Shown: positions 10,093-20,771 of the stretch, in pieces
Numbering within the stretch: position 1 is the first letter of the stretch
How the letters are laid out: each line of letters starts with the position of its first letter
Assembly: GCA_963727525.1 (NCBI GenBank)
Contig: CAVSGO010000004.1
Location: forward strand, 15,178 to 79,177
Origin: an uncultured bacterium
GTDB lineage: Bacteria > Krumholzibacteriota > Krumholzibacteriia > LZORAL124-64-63
Direction of reading: 5' to 3'
DNA length: 64,000 bases
Translations under genes and position numbers: made by a program
Notes under the pieces: model-generated
Seen by the model: the letters and a program-made list of their open reading frames with translations, nothing else
What the model was told of the DNA's origin: nothing
Databases searched by the model: none

Positions 10093-10935
10093 CTACTGGT
10101 CGCCGCCCGGGGCCCGGACGATGCCGCTGTCGTGCATCATCTGCAGCTTCATGCGCTCGTCCGGGCCGATCGGCATCACCTGGGGCGCGCTGCCGTCGCT
10201 GAAGAGCATGAGCTTGCGATCCGTCGGAATCTCGACGGGGTCGTCGCCGGATCGGGGCGTCACGTTCACGGCGCCGTCCCAGAGGCAGAAGCAGGAACCG
10301 CCGGGTACGCACATCACGGCGAAGGTGGTGCCGGTGATCGTGCCGGATCCTTCGGCCGTCTCGAGGTGCATCGTGAAGCCGAGCGGCTGGCCACCGGTGG
10401 TGCCGTAGATCTCGCCCGCAGCCACGCGAAGCGTGCGATCGTGGCCGAACCAGCGTCCAGGCGGCGGCGGCAGGGTGATGCGGCTGCTGGGGCGCATGCG
10501 AAGGCGTAGCGTCTCGCCGAGCTGGAACTCGAACTCCGTGTCGGCGGGTGTGGTGAGAGTACCGGCGGCGATGACGGAACCCGGCGCGGGTAGCGTGACG
10601 CCATCCGGCGCCGCCACGTCGGTGACGACCCAGCGGCTCACCGGTTGGTGGCCATACCACAGCAGTCCAATCGCGGCCGCGGCGATCACCGCGGCAAGCG
10701 GCCACACGCGCTGGCTCCAGGACCGGCTCCGCGGCGGCACCTTCACCGCACCGCGCGGCGTGGCCGGTGCCGTCTCCTGCGCCGGGTCGACGCCGGACAG
10801 GAACGCGCGACGCGCCCGCTCGCGGGCGCCGGCGGGCGCCTCGGGAAGCGGGAGGCGAGCGAGCGCCGCGAGGGCCTGCTGGCTCTCGGCGGACATGGGC
10901 TCGTCGGGCCTCTTGATGTCGTCGCGTTCGTTCAT
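10093..10935 (-). CDS. Membrane-anchored anti-sigma factor, FecR-like
   Basis: Overlaps ECF sigma stop (ATGA); single TM (WPLAAVIAAAAIGLLWY); FecR-like ITGTTFAV..WDGAVNV. Confidence 0.75.
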   Translation of the reverse strand: MNERDDIKRPDEPMSAESQQALAALARLPLPEAPAGARERARRAFLSGVDPAQETAPATPRGAVKVPPRSRSWSQRVWPLAAVIAAAAIGLLWYGHQPVSRWVVTDVAAPDGVTLPAPGSVIAAGTLTTPADTEFEFQLGETLRLRMRPSSRITLPPPPGRWFGHDRTLRVAAGEIYGTTGGQPLGFTMHLETAEGSGTITGTTFAVMCVPGGSCFCLWDGAVNVTPRSGDDPVEIPTDRKLMLFSDGSAPQVMPIGPDERMKLQMMHDSGIVRAPGGDQ

Positions 10936-11543
10936 TGCTGGTCTCTGGTTTCGGTCAGCCGGGCCTTGTATACCTGTCCGAGGCGAGCCACCGCCCGGCT
11001 GTGGCGTTGCCTCACGTTGTCCGGTTTCAGCTGGAGAAGGTCTGCGATCGCGGCCGTGTCAAGCTCCTGATAGTTGCGCAGCAGAATGATCTCCTGGTCG
11101 TCGTTGGCGAGGCTGGCCAGGGCCTCGCGTACCGCCTGGCACTCGGCTTCCTTCTCGAGCTTCTCGTCGACACGCTGCTTGCCGTCGGTAAGTGGCAACT
11201 CCTCCGGCTGGGCGGCGTCGCGGCGTACGGTCTCGCTCTTGTGTGTGCCCGAGCGCCAGAAATCGCGGACGGTGTTGACGGCGATCGTGAACACCCATCC
11301 GGTCGGGTCGCGCCCGGAATCCAGCCGGTGGAGATTGCGGTGGATCCGCAGAAAGGTGTCCTGGGTGAGGTCGGCCGCGAGATTGGGATCGTGCACCAGG
11401 TGGCAGAGGTAGCCGAAGATGCGATTGTAGAAATAGTCGAAGAATCCGTTCATCGCCTCGGTCTGACGACGCTTCACCGCGTCCAGGAACTCCGCCTCGA
11501 AGGGTGAGTCCTTGGGATCTTCGCGAGATTGTGAACGCGTCAT
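10932..11543 (-). CDS. ECF RNA polymerase sigma-70 factor
   Basis: AADLTQDTFL, GWVFTIAVN (region 2); EIILLR..IADLL..VRQRHSRA (region 4). Confidence 0.93.
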   Translation of the reverse strand: MTRSQSREDPKDSPFEAEFLDAVKRRQTEAMNGFFDYFYNRIFGYLCHLVHDPNLAADLTQDTFLRIHRNLHRLDSGRDPTGWVFTIAVNTVRDFWRSGTHKSETVRRDAAQPEELPLTDGKQRVDEKLEKEAECQAVREALASLANDDQEIILLRNYQELDTAAIADLLQLKPDNVRQRHSRAVARLGQVYKARLTETRDQQ

Positions 11544-12174
11544 CGACGACCACCGGCGCGGATTCTGGAAAGGAGAATCTCCGCGTCATGGTACTGGATT
11601 TTCGTAAAATCGCGTACATGAAATTCTCGTCTTCCGGTGGTTTCCCGTCCCAATGCGTTCTGTGCGAGGTACTGTCGCCATCCTTCCCGCGTGACACGAC
11701 CGACCGCGACGCCCCTCTGATCGTGGGTGCGCCCGGTGTGTCTTGATCGTGTAAAATGAATATAAACAATAGTTTATATGAATTGCCCTGCCAGGTTCTG
11801 CGGCCCGAAATTTTTTGAGAAACGTGAGGGCGAACCAATCATTGGGGTCGATGAGCGGGCCCCGCGGCGTCGCGCGTCTCTCGATGATGTATGTCCTCGA
11901 CGTCAGCGTCGGCTTCGCCGTAGCCGGCACACTGCAACGGCGATCCCACGCGGCTTCCTGACCGACGCGGGACCGTGATCGCCGGTCCTGCGGCGTGGTG
12001 CCGTCCCATGGGGAGAAATTTTAAAACCTATTCTCGCGGTATGTTTTTTGGTAGGATGATTCTGGTGCTGCATTATCGAAGACCGCGCTCGTTTTCATCG
12101 CGTCGATCGGCGCGGCCGCGATTGCACCGGGCAGTGTCGATCCGGTCGGTGGATGGACCAGGAGGTCGATCGCG

Positions 12175-13929
12175 ATGCTCGGACCCCGGAATTCGACCGC
12201 AGACGCATCCGCGGATCTCTTCCAGATCGTCGCGGCCCTCGAGCGGAGGGTGACGGCACTCGAGGCCCGTCTGGCGGCCTCCGCGGTCGGCGATCCGGTA
12301 CTGCCCGACGTGGAGCCCGACTCCGGCGACCCATCCGTCGTTCCCGTCCCCGCGGCAGGCCCGCGTCTGCCGGCCATGGGCCGGGCCGTCCTCGTCGTGG
12401 CTGGCGCTTTCTTGTTGCGCGCCCTCACCGACACCCAGGTGCTTACTGGCACCGTCGGTGTCGCCCTGGGGCTCGCCTATGCGGTCCTCATCATCATCCT
12501 CGCCAACCGGCAAGCGCGCGCGGGGCAGCGCGCCGAGGCGGGGCTGTCGAGCTTGGCCGCGGTCATCGTCGTCTATCCGCTCCTGTGGGAAACGTCAACC
12601 AGGCTCGGCTTCTTGCCGCCCCATGCTGCCGCTGCCGCACTCGTGGGCGTGACGGGATTCGGATTGATCGTGACGATTCGCCACGACCTTTACGCGGTCG
12701 CGTGGGTCTTTGTCGCGGCTGCCCTGATCACGACCGCCGGTTTGTGCTGGCTGAGCGCGATTCCCGAGCTTTTTGGCGGCGCCGCGGTGGTTCTGGGTAT
12801 CGGAACGCTCTGGATCGCCTACTTGCGGGGCTGGTGTGGTCCGCGCTGGCCGGCCGCGGCCCTGGCGAACCTGCTCGTGCTGCTGCTCGCATTCCTGGCG
12901 ATCAACGAGGGCGATCCGGCGCCGGGGCGGCCGGTGCCGGTCGCCGGGGCGACTCTGGTCCTCGCCTTCGCGCTGCCGACCAGCTACCTCGCGAGCTTCT
13001 TCGCTCGGGCTTTGCAGCGACGCCACGCTGCCAGCGCTTTCGAGATCCTGCAGACGCTTGGCTGTGTCCTGGTCGGCGTCCTCGGTGCCGTGGTTGTCTT
13101 GCGCTCGCGCGGCCATAGTCTCGTGGGTATGGGCGCGATAGCGACCGTGGTCGGAGCAACCAGCTACGCGCTCGCGTTCGCGTTCGTGCGCCGCAAGCAC
13201 GGACGCGGCCTGAACTTCTTCTACTTCGCCTGGCTCGGCTGCGTCCTCACGCTGATTGGCACGGCATTCGTCATGCCGGCCGCAGCGATTCCCTATCTCT
13301 GGGGTGTCCTCGGTCTCGCCGCCGCGTCGACCGGGGGCGTATTCGACCGCTGGACGTTGCGCCTGCACGGGGCCGCGTATCTGCTCGGAGCCGCCGCGTA
13401 TACGGGTCTGCCGGTCGTGGCCGCGAACACGTTCCTCGCGCCGGTCGGCCAGACCTGGCACCACCTGCACGTCTCGGGTCTCGTCGTGTGGCTGCTTGCC
13501 GCCGTCGGCTACGGCGTCCTCGCTTTCACGCAACGCGGCTGCGAGCTACGGACGTGGGAACGTCTGCCACGTGCCCTGCTCGCCTTGCTCGCTCTCGTGG
13601 GCGCCGGCAGTGTGCTCGTCGTCGCACTGGTCAACGGCATGCAAGGTGCGGTACCCGGCCAAGGCCCGGCGATGGTCGCCGCGGTTCGCACTGGCGTCAT
13701 CACGGCCAGCGCCATCGCCCTGGCAGCCGTGTCGCGCGGAGCGAACCTCCCGGAGCTGGCATGGTTCGTCAATCCCCTGCTGATCGTGGCCGGTGTGAAG
13801 CTCCTGGCGGAAGACCTGCGGCGCGGCACGCCGGTATCCTTGTGTGTCGCGTTCGGCTGCTTCGGGCTTGCCCTGATCCTGAGTCCCCGCCTGCGGTGGC
13901 GCCGTGTCTCGCATGGCGACGATCGTTGA
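12175..13929 (+). CDS. Polytopic membrane protein, DUF2339-like
   Basis: N-terminal coiled coil LERRVTALEARL followed by many hydrophobic segments (MGRAVLVVAGAFLLRAL...). Confidence 0.65.
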   Translation: MLGPRNSTADASADLFQIVAALERRVTALEARLAASAVGDPVLPDVEPDSGDPSVVPVPAAGPRLPAMGRAVLVVAGAFLLRALTDTQVLTGTVGVALGLAYAVLIIILANRQARAGQRAEAGLSSLAAVIVVYPLLWETSTRLGFLPPHAAAAALVGVTGFGLIVTIRHDLYAVAWVFVAAALITTAGLCWLSAIPELFGGAAVVLGIGTLWIAYLRGWCGPRWPAAALANLLVLLLAFLAINEGDPAPGRPVPVAGATLVLAFALPTSYLASFFARALQRRHAASAFEILQTLGCVLVGVLGAVVVLRSRGHSLVGMGAIATVVGATSYALAFAFVRRKHGRGLNFFYFAWLGCVLTLIGTAFVMPAAAIPYLWGVLGLAAASTGGVFDRWTLRLHGAAYLLGAAAYTGLPVVAANTFLAPVGQTWHHLHVSGLVVWLLAAVGYGVLAFTQRGCELRTWERLPRALLALLALVGAGSVLVVALVNGMQGAVPGQGPAMVAAVRTGVITASAIALAAVSRGANLPELAWFVNPLLIVAGVKLLAEDLRRGTPVSLCVAFGCFGLALILSPRLRWRRVSHGDDR

Positions 13930-13954
13930 CCGGCCGTGGGCGGGGTCGCTGGGC

Positions 13955-13989
13955 AGAAGAGAGGGGCCGGAACCCGAGGTCCCGGCCCC
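13955..13989 (-). terminator. Intrinsic terminator after S8 peptidase gene (convergent junction)
   Basis: GGGGCCGG...CCGGCCCC stem followed by TCTCTTCT on the minus strand. Confidence 0.65.
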
Positions 13990-14017
13990 AGCGACGATTT
14001 ACGTCGTCAGTATGACA

Positions 14018-17000
14018 TCATTTGACGACCGTCATCTTGCGGGTAGCGGTGAAGTCGGACGCTTCGACGCGATAGAGATACACGCCAGAGTGGACGCGTC
14101 GACCGGAGTCGTCGAGGCCGTCCCAGACGACCGCGTGGCTGCCGGCCTGCAGCGACTCGTCCACGAGGGTGCGTACGAGGTGGCCGCGTCCGTCATACAC
14201 GTGCAGGCGCACCGGGCTGGCCACCGGAAGATCGAAGCTGATGGTGGTCATCGGGTTGAAGGGGTTGGGGTGGTTCTGCCCCAGCGCGAAGACCTGCGGC
14301 AGATCCACCTTCTCCGCGCCGGACGACGCGAGGGCGAGGCCGCCTGAGATCGTCAGCGTGTAGCTGCTGGTGGCGCCGAGATAGCCGTCCACGCGCAGGT
14401 AGTAGCGGCCCACCGACGCATTGTAGCTCCCCGCCTCGGGGTTGTTGACGGTGTAGCCGCGCGCGACCTGGGTGCCGCTCGCGTTGTAGAGGTACCAGTC
14501 GAGATCGGCGGAGCTGCCGATCGCGAGGCTGATGTTCACATTGCCGGCCGAGGTGACGTCGAAATAGAAGTAATCGTCGTCGGAACTCGAGGTGAGCACA
14601 CCCGAGACGGGCGTGCCGGTGCCGACGGGGCCGTTGGCTTCGCTGATGCTGCCGTTGGGCTCCGTCTCCGCCGTGATCGCTGAGCCGCCGCCACCACCGC
14701 CGCCGCCCTCGGCCACGCCGATGTCGTCGAAGGCGAAACCGTCGGTCGTGATGGGGTAGTTGTCATACTGCTGGAACTTCACCACGAAGGTGGACGATAG
14801 CGTCAACCCGTTGGCGCTGGCCAGCGCGTCGACGTCGAGGGTGAACTGATTCCAGGTGTTGTTGGTATAGCTGCCGCCGTTGAGGTTCTGCACCTTCACG
14901 AACGACGCGCCGCCGTTGCTCGAGAAGTACACGCCATCCTGCGAGTGAGTCTCGTCACCGAACTCCTTCCACCAGAACGTCAGGTCCACCTGAGTCTGAC
15001 CGGCGAGGTTCAGATGCAGCCAGGCCTCGTTCTGCACGTAGGTGCCGCTCGTGGCACTGTCCATGACCAGGTGGTACGACCCGGTGTGGGGTGTGTTGCT
15101 CGTAAGCAGACGGATGCGGCCGCTGCTGTTGGTCGACTGGCTGGTCCAGTACTGGTCGAAGCTGCCGCCCTCGAAGCCCGTGCTGTACGGAAGGGTGGCG
15201 TAGCCGCCCGTCTGGGGCACGTCGATGGTGAAGTTGGCGTTGCTCGTATCCTGCGCCGAGCCGCCGGTGATGCGCACGCGGCCCTGGGAAGTGGCGGTCG
15301 ACGGCACCGTCCAGGTGTACGCGCCGTCGTCGGCGGTCGAGGATGTGATTGCCGTCCAGCTCGAGCCCCCGTTGGTGGAGTAGTCGATCGCCACCGTGGT
15401 GAACGAGCCCTGCGACGTCCACGTGATGTTGGTGCTGTCGCCGGCGGTGAGCGTCTCGCCGCCGTTGGGGTACGTCACGGTCACCGTGTCCGGCGGCGGC
15501 GTGGCGTCGCCGACGCTGATGTCGTCGAAGGCGAAACCATCGGTGGTGATGGGGTAGTTGTCGTACTGCTGGAACTTCACCACGAAGGTGGACGACAGCG
15601 TCAACCCGTTGGCGCTGGCCAGTGCGTCGACGTCGAGGGTGAACAGATTCCAGGTGTTGTTGGTATAGCTGCCACCATTGAGGTTCTGCACCTTCACGAA
15701 CGACGCGCCGCCGTTGCTCGAGAAGTACACGCCGTCCTGGCTATGCGTCTCGTCACCGAATTCCTTCCACCAGAACGCCAGGTCCACCTGGCTGTGGCCC
15801 GACAGGTCGAGGTGCAGCCAGCCCTCGTTCTGGACGTAGGTGCCGCTGGAGGAGCTGTCCATCACCAGCTGATAGGAACCCGCGTGGGGCGTGTTCGTAC
15901 TCAATACGCGGACGCGGCCGCTGCTGTTCGACGACGCGGTGGTCCAGTACTGGTCCAGGGCGCCCGACTCGAAACCGGTGGCGTACGGCAGGCTGGCGTA
16001 GTCGCCGCCGGACGGCACGGTGATCGTGAAGTTGCTGTTGCTCTGATCCTGCGCCGTACCGCCCGTGACGCGCACGCGGCCCTGCGTGGTGGCGCTGGTG
16101 GGCACGGTCCAGGTGTAGCTGCCGTCGTTCGTCGTGGAAGTGGTGATCGTGGTCCAGGTGGACCCGCCGTTGAGCGAGTAGGCGAGCGCCACCGTGGTGA
16201 ACGAGCCGGTCCAGGTCCACGTGATGTTGGCCGCGCTGCCGGCCGCGAGGGTCTCGCCGCCGTTGGGATAGGTGACGGTGACGGCATCCGTCGGCGTGCC
16301 ACCGCCGCCCACGGCCGCGGCGGCGTCGACCATGCCGTAGCCCGCGTAGCGATCCCAGCCGCTGCCCGACTCGACGCTGGTCACGTCCTGCGCCGTGGTC
16401 ACCAGCTTGTCACGCACCTGCGCCGGCGTATACGAGGGGAATGCCGACTTGATCAACGCGCACACGCCCGCCGCGTACGGCGTGGCGCACGACGTGCCGT
16501 TGAACCACATCGAGTAGTCGCTGGGGTCGTAGCCCGCCGAGCCCAGGAGGTCCGTGGTGGGCAGAATGGTGGGCGCGATCACGTCGACGGCGCCGGCCGC
16601 ATTGGCCGTGTTGACGCCGTAGTTCGAGCCCCACCAGCGCTCGCCGTCGCAGGTGTAGCCGTTGGGGTCGGCATTCACGCCCGGGTTCAACTCGCTGGTG
16701 TTGCTGCTCGAACGCTTGCGCTCGCCGCACGGCGAGGCGGCGCCCACCCCGATGACGTTGGCGTTGATCGCGGGATAACTGATCGTGCTGGCGTTCTCGT
16801 TGCCCGTGGCCGCGAGGATCGTGCAGCCGGCGTTGTGGGCATAGAGGATGGCCGTGTCGGTGGCCGAGTCGCTGCTGATCGCGGCGCCCAGGCTCATGCT
16901 GATGATGTCGGCGCCGTTGTCCGCCGCATAGTACAGCGCGTTCTGGATCGCCGAGAAGTACATCGAGCCGGCACTGTTGGCGGCCTTGAGCGGCATGATG

Positions 17001-17860
17001 CTGCAACCGGCGGCGATGCCCGCCGTGCCCAGGGAGTTGGTCATGGCTGCGGCGACGCCGGCGCAGGCCGTGCCGTGGCCGGGGCTCGACGAGTTGTCGT
17101 CGGGATTGCTGTCATTGTCGCCGAAGTCGTAGCCGGTTACCTGACGCAGGTCGGGATGCCCGGCTTCGACACCGCTGTCGATGATCGCGATAATCACGCC
17201 GGCGCTCCCGTAACCCTGCGCGGCGTCCCAGGCGGCCTGGGCGTTGGCATCGAAGCCCACCGTGCCCACGGGCGACCCGTTCTCATGGCTGTACGTGGCC
17301 CAGTCGTAGGACAGGAGCTGCGCCGTGTTGTTGTGCCCCCAGTGCAACGGGTGCAAGGGGTCCGGTGGTACGGCAGCAGGGAAGGCGAGCCAGTCGACCG
17401 TGGCTTCCTCCACGTTGGCGTTGCGGGCGAATTCCCGCGCCGCCTGCAAGGGATCCTGCCGGCCGTCGGTCTCGAGGAGGTACCAGCGGTTGATGCCCAG
17501 CTCGTTGGCGACCTCCATCTGCTTGACGGCGATCCATGGCCGCAAGATGGCCGTGACGCCGGCCGCGTTGCACAGCGCATCCACCGAGGCGATGCCAGTA
17601 CGCGCGTCACTCACCGAGGCGCCCTTTTCCATGGCGATGTCGAGATGGGTGTCGGTCGGGATGTCGGACCGGAACTTAATCAGGATGCGCGACGGGTGGT
17701 AGGGGAGCACCTCGTCCGCGCTCTTGACGAAACCATTCTGCACGGGCGCGAACGGACGCGGACTCATCGCGTCGGGTGTCGCCGCGAACGCGGTGGCCGC
17801 GATCAGGAGCACGAGGGCGCTCGTGACGGCCATGAATTGATGTCGATTCGACATGATCAC
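14018..17860 (-). CDS. Secreted S8 subtilase with prodomain, duplicated Ig-like + jelly-roll module, PPC domain, FlgD-Ig CTD
   Basis: Triad IIDSG / GHGTACAG / FNGTSCATP; signal peptide; two VTYPNGGE..FAFDDI units; ETEPNG..DDDYF..DLDWYLY (PPC); NHPNPFNP. Start 17860 or 17854. Confidence 0.93.
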   Translation of the reverse strand: MIMSNRHQFMAVTSALVLLIAATAFAATPDAMSPRPFAPVQNGFVKSADEVLPYHPSRILIKFRSDIPTDTHLDIAMEKGASVSDARTGIASVDALCNAAGVTAILRPWIAVKQMEVANELGINRWYLLETDGRQDPLQAAREFARNANVEEATVDWLAFPAAVPPDPLHPLHWGHNNTAQLLSYDWATYSHENGSPVGTVGFDANAQAAWDAAQGYGSAGVIIAIIDSGVEAGHPDLRQVTGYDFGDNDSNPDDNSSSPGHGTACAGVAAAMTNSLGTAGIAAGCSIMPLKAANSAGSMYFSAIQNALYYAADNGADIISMSLGAAISSDSATDTAILYAHNAGCTILAATGNENASTISYPAINANVIGVGAASPCGERKRSSSNTSELNPGVNADPNGYTCDGERWWGSNYGVNTANAAGAVDVIAPTILPTTDLLGSAGYDPSDYSMWFNGTSCATPYAAGVCALIKSAFPSYTPAQVRDKLVTTAQDVTSVESGSGWDRYAGYGMVDAAAAVGGGGTPTDAVTVTYPNGGETLAAGSAANITWTWTGSFTTVALAYSLNGGSTWTTITTSTTNDGSYTWTVPTSATTQGRVRVTGGTAQDQSNSNFTITVPSGGDYASLPYATGFESGALDQYWTTASSNSSGRVRVLSTNTPHAGSYQLVMDSSSSGTYVQNEGWLHLDLSGHSQVDLAFWWKEFGDETHSQDGVYFSSNGGASFVKVQNLNGGSYTNNTWNLFTLDVDALASANGLTLSSTFVVKFQQYDNYPITTDGFAFDDISVGDATPPPDTVTVTYPNGGETLTAGDSTNITWTSQGSFTTVAIDYSTNGGSSWTAITSSTADDGAYTWTVPSTATSQGRVRITGGSAQDTSNANFTIDVPQTGGYATLPYSTGFEGGSFDQYWTSQSTNSSGRIRLLTSNTPHTGSYHLVMDSATSGTYVQNEAWLHLNLAGQTQVDLTFWWKEFGDETHSQDGVYFSSNGGASFVKVQNLNGGSYTNNTWNQFTLDVDALASANGLTLSSTFVVKFQQYDNYPITTDGFAFDDIGVAEGGGGGGGGSAITAETEPNGSISEANGPVGTGTPVSGVLTSSSDDDYFYFDVTSAGNVNISLAIGSSADLDWYLYNASGTQVARGYTVNNPEAGSYNASVGRYYLRVDGYLGATSSYTLTISGGLALASSGAEKVDLPQVFALGQNHPNPFNPMTTISFDLPVASPVRLHVYDGRGHLVRTLVDESLQAGSHAVVWDGLDDSGRRVHSGVYLYRVEASDFTATRKMTVVK
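14715..16290 (-). repeat. Intragenic tandem duplication, 798-bp (266-aa) period, within the S8 gene
   Basis: Near-identical DNA blocks, e.g. tgaggttctgcaccttcacgaacgacgcgccgccgttgctcgagaagtacacgcc at ~14881 and ~15679; shadow ORFs 14955..15422 and 15753..16220 are offset by 798. Confidence 0.93.
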
Positions 17861-18109
17861 TCCTTCGCAGGGGTCCAGAAGTCGTGGGGGAACGACGGAC
17901 CTGGCCGGTCACCTGTCCGCCTGCGGGGCGCAGATGCCGGCCAGTGCGATGTTACGGACACCTCCCGCACTGGGGTCGCTGGCAGCCGGATCGACGCAGG
18001 GTAGGTAGGCTCCCTCGTCGCCGCGGATATCCGCCGAGTGTACCGAATCCGTACAGGAAACTGCAAAAGAAATGTTCTGATTATTCATGAGGCTGGCGAA
18101 CGCCGAGAC

Positions 18110-18892
18110 CTAGCCGAAACGTCCGGTCACGTAGTCCTCGGTCTGCTGCTGGCGTGGGTTGGTGAAGATATCCTCCGTGCGCCCATACTCCACGATCTTG
18201 CCCAGATACATGAAGGCCGTGAAATCACTGATGCGCGAAGCCTGCTGCATGTTGTGGGTGACGATGACGATGGTCAGCGTCTTGCGCAGCTCGATCATCA
18301 GCTCCTCGATACGGGCGGTGGCCACAGGGTCGAGGGCCGAGCATGGCTCGTCCATCAGCAGCACCTGCGGGTTGAGGGCGATCGCGCGGGCGATGCACAG
18401 GCGTTGCTGCTGCCCGCCCGAGAGCGCGGTGCCGGTGGCGCGGAGCTTGTCCTTGACCTCGTCGAACAGGGCGGCCTGGCGAAGCGTCTGCTCCACCCGG
18501 TCGTTCAGCTCGCCGCGGTTCATGCGATAGTGCAGCCGCAGCGCGTAGGCGATGTTGTCATAGATGGTCATGGGCAGGGGACTGGGTTTCTGGAAGATCA
18601 TGCCCACGTGACGTCGGAGCTGGAGCACGTCCACGGTAGGATCGAGGATGTTGCGGCCGTCGAGCAGGATCTCGCCCGTCGTGCGCTGATCGCGATAGAG
18701 CTGGAAGATCCGATTGTAGGTACGCAGGTGGGTGCTCTTGCCGCACCCTGACGGCCCGATGATGGCCGTGATGCGGTTGGTCACGACATCCAGGTCGTTG
18801 TCGTAGAGAGCCTGGTGCTTGCCGTAGAAGAAGTTCAGCCCCCGCGTGGACACCTTGATCGACGAGGCGGCGGTTGGTCGCGAATCGGTCAT
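18110..18892 (-). CDS. pstB: Phosphate ABC transporter ATPase (operon 1)
   Basis: [52 protein letters not shown]. Confidence 0.96.
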   Translation of the reverse strand: MTDSRPTAASSIKVSTRGLNFFYGKHQALYDNDLDVVTNRITAIIGPSGCGKSTHLRTYNRIFQLYRDQRTTGEILLDGRNILDPTVDVLQLRRHVGMIFQKPSPLPMTIYDNIAYALRLHYRMNRGELNDRVEQTLRQAALFDEVKDKLRATGTALSGGQQQRLCIARAIALNPQVLLMDEPCSALDPVATARIEELMIELRKTLTIVIVTHNMQQASRISDFTAFMYLGKIVEYGRTEDIFTNPRQQQTEDYVTGRFG

Positions 18893-19764
18893 CGTTTCCT
18901 CACGTTGAGCAGGAGGCGGGACGCGATCGTGGCCGCCAGCACACCGATGGTGATCACGAGCGAGGCGCCCCATGCCGACTGCACCCACGTATCATAAGGG
19001 CTCATGGCACGGTGGAAGATGGAGACGGTGAGGTTGGGCGTGGCCCCGCCGAACGACTGGAAGAACCCGTGGGCGGAGCTGAAGTCGATCCAGTACGGGT
19101 TGTCCAGCGAGGTGAACAGGAGAGGCGCCGTCTCGCCGCTGATGCGCGCCACCGCGAGCAGCGCGCCGGTGAGCACCCCGACCCGCGCCGCGCGCAACAA
19201 CACGTCGGCCGTGACGCGCCAGCGGGGCACGCCCAGCGCCAGGGCCGCCTCCCGGAGGGAGTGGGGCACCATGAGCAGCATGTCCTCGGTCGTGCGCGCG
19301 ACGATCGGGAACATGATGATGGTCAGCGCCGCGGCGCCGGCCCAGCCGGAGAAGCTGCCCAGCGGTCGCACGAGGAGTGCGTAGACGAACACGCCGATGA
19401 TGATCGACGGCACGCCGATGAACACGTCAGCGAAGAAATGCACCGTATTGGCCAGCCAGCGTCCCCGGCCGTACTCGGCCAGGTAGACTCCGGCCAGCAG
19501 CCCCAGCGGTACACCGACGGCGGTGGCGAAGGTCGTCATCAGGAGCGTGCCGACCACCGCGTTGCCCATGCCGCCGCCGGGCACAGCCGGCGGGGCCGGC
19601 AGCTTCGTGAAGAAGTCCCAGTTGATGGCCGCCGCGCCCCGCCGGATCACCGTCACGAGGATCCAGGCCAGCATGACACACCCGAGGACTGCGGCCATGC
19701 CGGCCACGACCTTGCCGACCGCGTCGATCATGCGACGCTGACCGAGAGAACGCTCCCGACTCAC
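18889..19764 (-). CDS. pstA: Phosphate ABC transporter permease (operon 1)
   Basis: [40 protein letters not shown]; GTG start overlapping pstC stop. Confidence 0.93.
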   Translation of the reverse strand: MSRERSLGQRRMIDAVGKVVAGMAAVLGCVMLAWILVTVIRRGAAAINWDFFTKLPAPPAVPGGGMGNAVVGTLLMTTFATAVGVPLGLLAGVYLAEYGRGRWLANTVHFFADVFIGVPSIIIGVFVYALLVRPLGSFSGWAGAAALTIIMFPIVARTTEDMLLMVPHSLREAALALGVPRWRVTADVLLRAARVGVLTGALLAVARISGETAPLLFTSLDNPYWIDFSSAHGFFQSFGGATPNLTVSIFHRAMSPYDTWVQSAWGASLVITIGVLAATIASRLLLNVRKR

Positions 19765-20771
19765 TTGCCGCTCCCTGCTTGCCTGTCCATCACTTTCAAC
19801 CAGACCTGCGCCAGTACCTGGACGATGACCGTGATCACCAGCAGCACGAGGCCGAGCTCGATCAGCGAGCTGAGGTAGAGCGGTTTGTCCGCCTCGGTGA
19901 ACTCGTTCGCTAGCGTCGAGGAGATGCTGTTGCCGGCTGCAAAGACGGAAGCGCTGATCGAGTGGTTGTTGCCGATGACGAAGGTCACGGCCATGGTCTC
20001 GCCGAGTGCCCGCCCGAGGCCCAGGAAGACGGCGCCGGCGATGCCCCGTTTGCCGAAGGGGATGGTGACGCGGCGCGTCACCTCCCAGGTCGTGCTCCCG
20101 AGTCCATAGGCCGACTCGCGCAGCACGGATGGCGTCATCGCGAAGACATCGCGGCTGATCGAGGCAATGAAAGGCAGCACCATGAGGGCGAGGACGAGAC
20201 CGGCCGTGAGCATGCCGATGCCCATCGGTGGTCCGCTGAAGAGCGGCAGGCCGCCGGCGATGGCCTTCAACCCGGGCTGCACGTGGTCTTGCATGAACGG
20301 CGCGAAGACGAAGAGGCCCCACATGCCGAAGATGATCGAGGGAATTGCCGCCAGCAGCTCGATCGCGCCTCCCACGGGCGTTGCGAGCCAGGTCGGTGCC
20401 AGTTCCACGAGGAAGAGGGCGATGAGCAGGCTCATCGGCACGGCGATGATCAGGGCGATGGCCGCGGAGACCAGGGTGCCGTAGGCGCTGCTGAGCGCGC
20501 CGAACTCGCCCGTCACCGGGTTCCAGGCATCGCTCGTCAGAAATCGCAAGCCGAATTCCCGCCAGGCGAGGAGCGAGCCGTGGCCGAGCTGCCAGAACAC
20601 GCCGGCCACGAGCAAAAGCACGAGGCTGGCGCTGACGGCCACGACCACGTGTGCCACCACGTCGCCGGAGAAACGTCGCGGCCGCCGCGCCTCGAGAGGA
20701 CGCGGCGGCTCAGCGATGGCAGGCGCCGGCATGGTTTTCTGCCGCACGTGATCGAGAACTACATCGTCCAC
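19761..20771 (-). CDS. pstC: Phosphate ABC transporter permease (operon 1)
   Basis: WNPVTGEFG, ELLAAIPSII, RESAYGLG, LGRALGETMAV. Start 20771 or 20732. Confidence 0.94.
   Translation of the reverse strand: MDDVVLDHVRQKTMPAPAIAEPPRPLEARRPRRFSGDVVAHVVVAVSASLVLLLVAGVFWQLGHGSLLAWREFGLRFLTSDAWNPVTGEFGALSSAYGTLVSAAIALIIAVPMSLLIALFLVELAPTWLATPVGGAIELLAAIPSIIFGMWGLFVFAPFMQDHVQPGLKAIAGGLPLFSGPPMGIGMLTAGLVLALMVLPFIASISRDVFAMTPSVLRESAYGLGSTTWEVTRRVTIPFGKRGIAGAVFLGLGRALGETMAVTFVIGNNHSISASVFAAGNSISSTLANEFTEADKPLYLSSLIELGLVLLVITVIVQVLAQVWLKVMDRQAGSGK

Noticed and set aside
14715-16290. Repeated DNA considered as a CRISPR array or mobile element
   Set aside because: In-frame intragenic domain duplication; no short repeat-spacer pattern, cas, transposase or terminal repeats.
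14945-18004. 1019-aa plus-strand ORF
   Set aside because: Antisense shadow of the S8 gene; stop-poor reverse frames are expected in high-GC coding DNA.
17861-18066. Structured ~170-nt 5' leader of the S8 gene (CTGGCCGG/CCGGCCAG stem; TTGCAG-N18-TACACT promoter-like)
   Set aside because: No recognisable riboswitch consensus or terminator; GC-rich stems of this size are common.
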